DNA from: a candidate division WOR-3 bacterium
GTDB lineage: Bacteria; Hydrothermota; Hydrothermia; Hydrothermales; Hydrothermaceae
Assembly: GCA_039803745.1 (NCBI GenBank)
Contig: JBDRZD010000025.1
Span: 11,891-27,146 of the forward strand
Direction of reading: 5' to 3'
Length of the DNA stretch: 15,256 nucleotides
Part shown: positions 8,503-15,256 of the stretch, piece by piece
Numbering within the stretch: position 1 is the first letter of the stretch
Layout: every line of letters begins with the position of its first letter
Made by a program: the position numbers and the translations under genes
The notes under the pieces: generated by a model
Databases searched by the model: none
What the model saw: the letters and a program-made list of their open reading frames with translations, nothing else
What the model was told of the DNA's origin: nothing

Positions 8503-9284
8503 TTCAAATATGTTCTTTCAATTCCAAGAATAATCCTTAATGCCATTGCTATTGCACCAAGTGAAATTCCTATAAATAGTCCTCTTTTTGCACCAAGTTG
8601 TGGAACATTCATTATCCAGTCAGAAAGCAGAGGCAATTTTGTTTTTAAGAAAATCCCTATTGGAAAGATAAGGATTAAGGAAATAATTGCAAGCCCAAAA
8701 AATAAAACTCTTTCATATATTGAAATTCTTGGAAGTGCTTCAAGAATACAAACTATTGCAATTAAAATGAATGTAACAGCAATAAAATATGGGGAAAAAT
8801 CCTCTCCTTTTGGAACCCTTCCAAGCATAACAATTCCTGCTGATATTAAAAGTAATGTTGCATTTAATCCCCTTGCCCTGAATGCCCTATAAGCAGCGGA
8901 TGCTATGAAAAATGCGAGAAGAGAAAACATTGTTGCCTGAAGTGGAACAAATACATATGTATAAAAATATCTCAAAAATGTTGAGGTTGGGGCAAAGGGA
9001 TTACCATGCTTTATTCCTGAATATATCCCCCATAGAAGTGTTATTATGAATGTTAAAAGTAAGGCAAAAGAATAAGGTGCTTCTTTTTCCTTTCTTTTAA
9101 TTTTTCTATAATGGTATGCAAGGAGTGAATCAATTCCAAGAATAAGGGTGAATCCCGAAACAATTATATACCAGTCATTGAATCTTTCCTGTAAACTTCC
9201 AAATGGTTCATGGGGAATAAATAAGGCAACTATTAATATGAATCCTGAAATAAAGGTTATAAAAAGTGGGACTCCTTTTTTCAT
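8499..9284 (-). CDS. Uncharacterised polytopic membrane protein (about 8 TM)
   Basis: Eight hydrophobic segments; PLQATMFSLLAFFIASAAYRAFR and AKRGLFIGISLG...LRIILGIER; upstream GAGGTG; ATGA overlaps on both sides. Confidence 0.85.
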   Translation of the reverse strand: MKKGVPLFITFISGFILIVALFIPHEPFGSLQERFNDWYIIVSGFTLILGIDSLLAYHYRKIKRKEKEAPYSFALLLTFIITLLWGIYSGIKHGNPFAPTSTFLRYFYTYVFVPLQATMFSLLAFFIASAAYRAFRARGLNATLLLISAGIVMLGRVPKGEDFSPYFIAVTFILIAIVCILEALPRISIYERVLFFGLAIISLILIFPIGIFLKTKLPLLSDWIMNVPQLGAKRGLFIGISLGAIAMALRIILGIERTYLK

Positions 9285-10411
9285 ATCACCTCAAAAAAGT
9301 TTTTCAAAAAGTGGAATAAGGGATTTTTTGTTAAAAATGCAATTGTTTCAAGTATAAGTCCTGCTATTACTATTATTATAAGAAGTGCCTTTACATAATC
9401 TTCACCTTTTATTGTTGCAAGTGATAGAGGGTCTCTTGTTAAATATGCGCTTGCTGCATACATCTCTTCACCTATCAGTGTATAATCTGTTGCTGCTATG
9501 AAAAAGGGAAGCTGGGTTACAGCAGTTGTTCCTGATATCTGTATTGCCCCTATTGAGTTTCCTGTTTCTGCAAGAATTAATGATTCTGCATAAAAATATC
9601 CCTGTAAAAATATTGCACCAGGACGCTCCCTTACCATTATTCCATCACAACCAGCAGCATATCCAAACTGGTCATAGGATAAAAAGAATACATTCCCCTC
9701 TTTATAAAGGTCTGGTCTTCCTGCTTCAATAAAACCTTCTTTAACTGTTTCCTGTGCTGCAACAAATACAACAGGGTCATAACAAGGAACTATGATATCA
9801 ACTTCATATTCACCTGCCTTTTTTGAAACCCTTTTTAAAATTGAAAGACCTGCAATTGTTGGTATCTCGGCAATTGTTCCAAGACCAAGAATAAAAAGAA
9901 GGGGTCTTCCAAGTTCTGTTGATCTACCAACTGCTTCATCTATTGCATCAAGTCCTGTTATCTTTCTTATAAACAGTTCCTCTTTTTTTGCTCTCCTGAC
10001 AAAATATAAAAGGAAAGCAAGTATGATTATAAGAAGAATCAAAACACTTGTTCTCTTTTTATGAAACCATTCTGCATGGGCAACTGCTACATTTGAGAAT
10101 TCACTATCACTCCATATTTCCCCTTTTATCGCCCTTATAAAATACCTGTATTTAACCTTATTTTTACAATTTGAATCAAGAAAATAATTTGTCCCCCTTG
10201 GTAAAATTTCAAGTGTTTCAGGTAAACTCCACTTTCCTTCAATTTCCTCTTGCCTGAAAATTATATAATTATCTATTATTGAATCAGAAGGTGAAAGTTC
10301 CCATTTTATTTCTATTTTTCCTCCTGCATCATTTGGATAATCATTTGCTTTAATATTTGAAGGGGGGAGAGGAGGAATATAGAGAAAGAGAAATAAAATT
10401 ATTTTTATCAT
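9281..10411 (-). CDS. Fibronectin type III domain + DUF6754-like membrane protein
   Basis: Short hydrophobic N-terminus; FN3 pattern at aa 13-110 (PP.N...I.IKW...Y.IFR...Y.D...Y.Y.IRA...SN); TM at about aa 123-138; domain with IRKI.GL.AIDEAVGR.TE.GRP, QFGYA, AESL..AE.G and QLPFF...DYTLIGEE.YAASAYL, recognised from memory as DUF6754-like; C-terminal TM. Confidence 0.8.
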   Translation of the reverse strand: MIKIILFLFLYIPPLPPSNIKANDYPNDAGGKIEIKWELSPSDSIIDNYIIFRQEEIEGKWSLPETLEILPRGTNYFLDSNCKNKVKYRYFIRAIKGEIWSDSEFSNVAVAHAEWFHKKRTSVLILLIIILAFLLYFVRRAKKEELFIRKITGLDAIDEAVGRSTELGRPLLFILGLGTIAEIPTIAGLSILKRVSKKAGEYEVDIIVPCYDPVVFVAAQETVKEGFIEAGRPDLYKEGNVFFLSYDQFGYAAGCDGIMVRERPGAIFLQGYFYAESLILAETGNSIGAIQISGTTAVTQLPFFIAATDYTLIGEEMYAASAYLTRDPLSLATIKGEDYVKALLIIIVIAGLILETIAFLTKNPLFHFLKNFFEVI

Positions 10412-10450
10412 AAGAAATTAATTATAATACAAACTAAAACTTTAAAACAA
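10412..10450 (-). promoter_or_regulatory. Putative sigma70 promoter for the five-gene membrane operon
   Basis: Minus strand: TTGTTT (10450-10445), 18-nt spacer, TATAAT (10426-10421), 9 nt, ATG (10411); no SD. Confidence 0.55.
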
Positions 10451-11453
10451 TTTTACCAAATACTTTTCTTTCTTCAATTAATCTATGTGCTTCCTGTGCC
10501 TTTTCAAAATTCAAAACTTTACTTATTGATATTTTTATAAATCCCTTTTTTACATATTCAAGTCCCTTTAAGAGATGCCTCCTTGTTCCCATCGTTGAAC
10601 CAATTATCTGAATCTGTCTGAAAAATACATGTCTTAAATCAATTCTTGCATCATAACCACTTGTTGCGCCACATATAACTATCTTTCCTCCCCAATTAAC
10701 TATTTTTATTAATTTCTCCCAGAATTCTTTTCCAGTATGGTCAAATATAATATCAATTTTTTCGCAAATATTCTTTAATTTTTTCTCCCAGTTATCTTCT
10801 GTATAGACAATCCCGTCATCAGCACCAAACCATTTTGCCCTCTCAATCTTTTCTTTATTTCCTGCTGTAACAAAAACATTGCATTTTATCATCTTTAAAA
10901 TCTGTATCAAATTTAAACTTACACCAGAACCTGCTGCCATAACAAGGCAGTTCATTCCTGGCTCAAGGTTTGCCTTTTCAACCATTTGAACTGCAGTTAA
11001 AAGTGCAAGCGGAATTGCTGCTGCTTCAACAAAGGAAATATTTTCAGGAATTAAAAATACATTTTCCTTTGGAACATTTATATATTCAGACTCTACACCC
11101 TGTGTTCTCTCACCAAAAATTTTATATTCCTTACATAAATTTTCGTTTCCTGAAATACATTTCTCGCATCTTCCACAAAAAATTGCAGGATATATTAAAA
11201 CCTTATCACCTTTCTTTATTCCTTCAACATTTTCTCCTATCTCTTCAACAATCCCTGCTGCATCTGCTCCAAGAACATGGGGAAATTTTAAAGAAAGCCC
11301 TGGAAGCCCTTTTCTTACCCATATGTCAAGATGATTTATTCCTGCTGCTTTAACCTTTATCCTTACTTCATTTGGTTTTAATTCTCTTAAAGGGATTTCA
11401 CCAATCTTTATTACTTCAGGAGGACCATTTTCATTTATATAAACTGCCTTCAT
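10434..11453 (-). CDS. MDR-superfamily zinc-binding alcohol dehydrogenase / quinone oxidoreductase-like protein
   Basis: VKAAGINHLD, PHVLGADAAG.V, structural-Zn cluster CGRCEKC...NLC (11133-11177), EAAAIP, AAGSGV nucleotide-binding loop, FGKIVL. TAATG overlap with the htpX stop. Confidence 0.92.
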   Translation of the reverse strand: MKAVYINENGPPEVIKIGEIPLRELKPNEVRIKVKAAGINHLDIWVRKGLPGLSLKFPHVLGADAAGIVEEIGENVEGIKKGDKVLIYPAIFCGRCEKCISGNENLCKEYKIFGERTQGVESEYINVPKENVFLIPENISFVEAAAIPLALLTAVQMVEKANLEPGMNCLVMAAGSGVSLNLIQILKMIKCNVFVTAGNKEKIERAKWFGADDGIVYTEDNWEKKLKNICEKIDIIFDHTGKEFWEKLIKIVNWGGKIVICGATSGYDARIDLRHVFFRQIQIIGSTMGTRRHLLKGLEYVKKGFIKISISKVLNFEKAQEAHRLIEERKVFGKIVLKF

Positions 11454-12400
11454 TATATTCTATGAGCCATCCTTTTTAAATAAAATATTCTTTTTTCAAT
11501 TGGGGGATGCGTGCTCCATAAATCAGCCCATAAATTTTCCAAATTTTCTAATTTATTTTTTAATGGTGAAACTATAAAAAGTGGAGAGATTGCTTTGTTG
11601 CCAATAGGTATTCCCTTTTGATTTAAATAAATCTTTTCAAGGGCATTTGCAAGAGAAATTGGGTTCCTTGTAAGTTCTGCAGAGGTTGCATCAGCAAGAT
11701 ACTCCCTGCTTCTTGATATTGCAAGGAAAACAAGTTTTGCAATTATTGGTGCAATTACTGCAAGTATCAAAACAATTAATAAGACTATTATATTTCCTCT
11801 TGCATAAACTCTTCTTCTTTTATCTTTAAATCTCAAATTTCTTAAAGCAATATCCGATAAAATTATTATTATTCCAAGTAAGGTTGCTGCAACTGTCATT
11901 GTCAAAATATCTCTATTTTTTATATGGGCAATTTCATGTCCTATAACTCCCTGCATTTCTTCCCTGTTTAAAATTCTTAAAAGACCCCTTGTTACAGCAA
12001 TTGATGAATTGTGAAGGTCTTTTCCTGTTGCAAAGGCATTTGGAATATCAGTTTCCACAATATAGACTTTTGGCATAGGAATACCTGCTGCTATTTTCAT
12101 TTCTTCAACAATATTTATAAGTCTTTTTTCTTCAAAAATTTCTGGATTTGCAGGTCTTGCTCCAATTGAATTTAAAACTATTTTATCCCCATATCTATAA
12201 GAAATAAAAGATTGTGCTCCTGAAATTAAAATTGCAACACTTGTTATAAAAGGAAATTTTATATACTCAGGAAATCCCAAAAAGATATTATCAATTAGAA
12301 AACCTAAAAGACCTGCAATTAAAATAAAAAATAGAATTAAAAATATTGTTTTTCTTATATTTTTTTTCTGTAAATCGTAAAAAGTAATTATCTCAGACAT
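11453..12400 (-). CDS. htpX: M48 family membrane zinc metalloprotease HtpX
   Basis: PNAFATG, IAVTRGLL, HEIAH (HExxH), SRSREYLAD, STHPPIEKRI; 4 TM helices; lies downstream of lemA. ATG at 12400 overlaps the lemA stop (TTG at 12403 is an alternative). Confidence 0.95.
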   Translation of the reverse strand: MSEIITFYDLQKKNIRKTIFLILFFILIAGLLGFLIDNIFLGFPEYIKFPFITSVAILISGAQSFISYRYGDKIVLNSIGARPANPEIFEEKRLINIVEEMKIAAGIPMPKVYIVETDIPNAFATGKDLHNSSIAVTRGLLRILNREEMQGVIGHEIAHIKNRDILTMTVAATLLGIIIILSDIALRNLRFKDKRRRVYARGNIIVLLIVLILAVIAPIIAKLVFLAISRSREYLADATSAELTRNPISLANALEKIYLNQKGIPIGNKAISPLFIVSPLKNKLENLENLWADLWSTHPPIEKRIFYLKRMAHRI

Positions 12401-12959
12401 CAAGACTTACTCGTGGCGTTTCCTTTTCCTCCGGTTTTTCTATTACAAAAAATTCAAATGCCTTGAAATTGAAAATGTTTGCAATTATATTTTTTGGAAA
12501 AACCTGTATAGAAGTATTGTATTTCATAACCATATCATTATAAAATTGCCTTGCAAAGGCTATCTTATTTTCAGTATTTGTTAGTTCTTCTTGAAGCATC
12601 ATAACATTCTGATTTGCCTTTAATTCTGGATATCTTTCAAAAAGGGCAAAAAGTCTTCCAAGAAACCCTGAAAGTTCTCCTTCTGCTTTTCCAATTTCTT
12701 TTAAATCACCTTTATCCCTTACACTAACAGCCTTTGTCCTTGCTTCAATAACCTTTGTTAATGTTTCCTTTTCATATTTCATATATCCTTTAACTGCTTC
12801 AACAAGGTTTGGAATTAAATCATGCCTTCTTTTTAACTGAACATCTATCTGACTCCATGCATTTTTTACCTGCATCCTTTCCCTTACAAGAGAATTGTAT
12901 ATAGAGATTAAGAAAATTACAATTAAAATTATAAGAACTACAAGAATTATTCCCATCAT
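12393..12959 (-). CDS. lemA: LemA family protein
   Basis: N-terminal TM; YNSLV, AWSQIDVQLKRRHDLIPNLV, YPELKAN, ENKIAFARQFYN, FP.NIIA. SD AAGGAGG at 12970-12964; start is the ATG at 12959 (ATGA coupling) or 12956. Confidence 0.97.
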   Translation of the reverse strand: MMGIILVVLIILIVIFLISIYNSLVRERMQVKNAWSQIDVQLKRRHDLIPNLVEAVKGYMKYEKETLTKVIEARTKAVSVRDKGDLKEIGKAEGELSGFLGRLFALFERYPELKANQNVMMLQEELTNTENKIAFARQFYNDMVMKYNTSIQVFPKNIIANIFNFKAFEFFVIEKPEEKETPRVSLDV

Positions 12960-15037
12960 TTTTCCTCCTTTTTGATTTTTATTCTTGCATCAACTACGAC
13001 TGCATCTTTTTTATATACAAAAACAGGGTTTAAATCAATCTCCTCAATCTCTTCTATTTCCTTAACCATCTGTGATGTTCTCAAAATAATTTCTTTTATT
13101 TTATTTATACTTGTTCCTTTAAGCAAATTAAATCCCTTTATACTTTTAATCATCTTAATTGCTTCTCTTGGAAAGATAGGAACAATCCCAAAACTTACAT
13201 CCTTAATTATTTCCACATATATTCCACCAAGACCAAACATCAAAAGTGGTGGGAAAAAATTTGTTCTTTTTGCTCCAATTATAATTTCTTTACCAGGCTT
13301 TGCCATCTTTTGTATTATTACTCCTTTAAATCCTTCTTTTAAAAATTTCTCCTTCATTTTTTTAAATTTCTCAATTGCTTCTTTTTCAGAGTTTATATTT
13401 AAAATAACACCACCTTTTGCCATTTTATGAATTACTTTATCAGCAACAACTTTCATCACAATTGGAAAATTTATCCTTTTACATATTTTATAAACATCCT
13501 TTTCATTCTCAGCATATTCCCATTCAACAGCTTTAAATCCATAAAATTCAAGAATTTTTAGAGAATCCTGAGGAAGTAAAAATCCATCCTCATTTTTAAA
13601 AGAATTATCCAAAATTTCTTTTGCTTTTTCTTTTTCCACTTTAAATATAATTTCCTTTTCCTCTTTTATGCCCTTTTTTAATTCTGAATACTCATAAAGA
13701 CCAGAAACAGCATTTATTGCATCCTCTGGAAATGTATAAAAAGGAACATTTTCCCTTTTTAAAATTTCAACAGGTTTTAATACGCTTTTTTCTCCCAAGA
13801 ATGCAGGAATCAAAGGTTTTTTATTATTTTTAGCATATTTTGCCATCCTCTTTGCAACCTCTTCCATATCTATCATTTTTTGTGGAACCATCATTGATAT
13901 AACAGCATCAACATTTTTATCCTTTAAAAGATTTTTCATAACCCATTCGTATCTTTCAGCATCAGCATCTCCTATTAAATCAAAGGGATTCCCTAAGGAT
14001 GCATAAGGTGGAACCTTTTCTTTTAATTTTTCATAAGTTTTTCTATCAATTTTTGCAAGTCTTAATCCCCTTTTAATACATTCATCGGTTGCAATTATTC
14101 CTGTTCCACCTGCATTTGTTATTATTGCAACCCTATTCCCCTTTGGAAGTGGTTGAGATATTAATGCAAGTGCTTTAACAAGCATCTCTTCAAGTGAATA
14201 AACCCTTAAAATGCCTGCTTTTTTAAAAAGTGCTTCATATATTTCATCAATTCCTGCAATTGCTCCTGTATGGGATGAAACAGCCCTTGCACCTTCAGGT
14301 GTTCTCCCGACTTTTAAAACAATAACAGGTTTTTTCTTTGTTGTTTCCCTTGCAATTTTAAAAAATTCTTCACCCCTTAAAATTCCTTCAATATATAAAA
14401 GTATTATCTCTGTTTCAGGGTCATCTTTGAAATAAGAGAGGGCATCAATCTCATCAACATCAACCTTATTACCAATACTTAAAATCTTTGAAAAACCAAT
14501 TCCCTTTTCCCTTGCATGATCAAGAAGGGAAACACATATTGCTCCTGATTGTGAAACAAAACTCACTTTCCCCCTTTGAGGCATTGGGGTTGCAAAAAAT
14601 GTATTTAATCTTACATTTTGAGAAGTATTGATTACACCGAGACAATTGGGTCCAACGATCCTTATATTATATTTTTTACCAATTTCTTTAATTTTTTCTT
14701 CAAGAATTTCGCCTTCTTCTCCAATTTCCTTGAATCCTGCTGTTATTATTATAACTGCCCTTATTCCCTTTTTACCGCATTCCTCTAAAACAAAAGGAAC
14801 AATCCTTGAAGGAGTTGTTATAACTGCAAGGTCAATATTGTCCTCTATTTCAAGAACACTTTTATAAGATTTATAACCAAGAACATAGTCAGCGTTTGGA
14901 TTAACAGGGAAAAAGGCACCCTCAAATCCTGATTCTATCATGCTTTTAAATGTTTGATATGCTAAACTTTTTGGATCCCTTGATGCCCCAATTATTGCAA
15001 CCTTTTTCGGCTTAAAAAATAAATCAATTACATTCAT
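12956..15037 (-). CDS. ADP-forming acyl-CoA synthetase (acetate-CoA ligase family), fused alpha-beta form, no GNAT domain
   Basis: CoA-binding IIGAS...PVNP, GPNCLG, SQSGA, phospho-His SHTGAIAG (His at 14270-14272), NAGG.G, NPFDL.GDA; ATP-grasp region VMKV...HK..GGV, FGLGGIYVE, DLNP, VVDARI. Confidence 0.93.
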   Translation of the reverse strand: MNVIDLFFKPKKVAIIGASRDPKSLAYQTFKSMIESGFEGAFFPVNPNADYVLGYKSYKSVLEIEDNIDLAVITTPSRIVPFVLEECGKKGIRAVIIITAGFKEIGEEGEILEEKIKEIGKKYNIRIVGPNCLGVINTSQNVRLNTFFATPMPQRGKVSFVSQSGAICVSLLDHAREKGIGFSKILSIGNKVDVDEIDALSYFKDDPETEIILLYIEGILRGEEFFKIARETTKKKPVIVLKVGRTPEGARAVSSHTGAIAGIDEIYEALFKKAGILRVYSLEEMLVKALALISQPLPKGNRVAIITNAGGTGIIATDECIKRGLRLAKIDRKTYEKLKEKVPPYASLGNPFDLIGDADAERYEWVMKNLLKDKNVDAVISMMVPQKMIDMEEVAKRMAKYAKNNKKPLIPAFLGEKSVLKPVEILKRENVPFYTFPEDAINAVSGLYEYSELKKGIKEEKEIIFKVEKEKAKEILDNSFKNEDGFLLPQDSLKILEFYGFKAVEWEYAENEKDVYKICKRINFPIVMKVVADKVIHKMAKGGVILNINSEKEAIEKFKKMKEKFLKEGFKGVIIQKMAKPGKEIIIGAKRTNFFPPLLMFGLGGIYVEIIKDVSFGIVPIFPREAIKMIKSIKGFNLLKGTSINKIKEIILRTSQMVKEIEEIEEIDLNPVFVYKKDAVVVDARIKIKKEEK

Positions 15038-15075
15038 AAGTTTTAAGGATAATATAAAAAATATTGAAAAATCAA
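15038..15075 (-). promoter_or_regulatory. Putative promoter for the acyl-CoA synthetase-lemA-htpX-MDR operon
   Basis: Minus strand: TTGATT (15075-15070), 18-nt spacer, TATCCT (15051-15046), 8 nt, ATG (15037). The -10 match is weak. Confidence 0.4.
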
Positions 15076-15128
15076 ATAAATGTATACTCTTCTTTTTGTT
15101 TTCTCCTTATTTTAATTTATTTTTCAGT

Positions 15129-15256
15129 TTACCTCGTGATTATAACTTTAAAAGGTTTATTCTCTTTGTTATATTTTAAAAAGTAAATACCCGGGCAAAT
15201 TCCATCAACGGATAATGAAATTTTTGAATTTAATTTATTCACCATATAAGTTCTAA
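15129..15256 (-). CDS. 3' end of a T9SS type-A CTD-containing protein (partial; not in the ORF track)
   Basis: The minus-strand frame from 15254 reads RTYMVNKLNSKISLSVDGICPGIYFLKYNKENKPFKVIITR-stop (TAA at 15131-15129). PGIYFL followed by a terminal KVII strand is the CTD signature. Confidence 0.8.
   Translation of the reverse strand, partial: RTYMVNKLNSKISLSVDGICPGIYFLKYNKENKPFKVIITR

Noticed and set aside
7019..10411. Idea that the membrane operon is a respiratory complex, ABC/ECF transporter or T9SS motor (PorL/PorM)
   Set aside because: No cofactor-binding or ATPase motifs and no recognisable similarity to those subunits; only proximity to CTD genes suggests the T9SS link.
7236..11353. 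Short ORFs nested in the membrane operon and MDR gene (7236-7469, 7507-7737, 7755-8024, 9148-9357, 9526-9732, 9792-10064, 10970-11353)
   Set aside because: Off-frame or antisense to strong genes, with no independent start signals.
12972..14867. Plus-strand ORFs 12972-13430, 14211-14435 and 14628-14867
   Set aside because: Antisense shadows of the acyl-CoA synthetase; Ile/Ser/Phe-rich composition mirrors its codon bias and shows no motifs.
15038..15128. Possible terminator or small RNA in the 91-bp intergenic region (weak TATTGA-AAAA-TCAAATA stem)
   Set aside because: The stem is short, imperfect and AT-rich, and it overlaps the putative promoter.
1..15256. tRNA, rRNA, CRISPR array, IS or prophage
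   Set aside because: Almost all bases are coding, the longest intergenic gap is 91 bp, and I saw no repeat-spacer pattern, transposase or integrase.

Overview
AT-rich (roughly 28-30% GC by eye), very densely packed bacterial chromosomal segment. The proteins are Lys/Glu/Ile-rich and Arg is encoded almost only by AGA/AGG. Together with two T9SS-type C-terminal sorting domains, this suggests a thermophilic FCB-related candidate lineage such as WOR-3 (inference). Left to right: a 5'-truncated secreted S8 subtilase with a T9SS-like CTD (+); tsaD (-) divergent from gmd (+) across a 30-bp symmetric promoter; an rpmB-ccmB-yicC unit (+); a convergent, translationally coupled five-gene uncharacterised membrane operon (-: FN3+DUF6754-like protein, 261-aa polytopic protein, 273-aa two-TM protein, 221-aa polytopic protein, TPR protein); an ADP-forming acyl-CoA synthetase-lemA-htpX-MDR oxidoreductase operon (-); and the 3' end of a second CTD-bearing gene that the ORF track missed. 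No RNA genes, mobile elements or CRISPR arrays were seen. The best candidate for an undescribed system is the membrane operon. It looks like two pairs of related subunits with opposite predicted topology, and one subunit has a 77-residue internal triplication. Operon-head genes appear to be leaderless (-10 box 6-9 nt before the ATG), and several 4-bp palindromes are strongly avoided.
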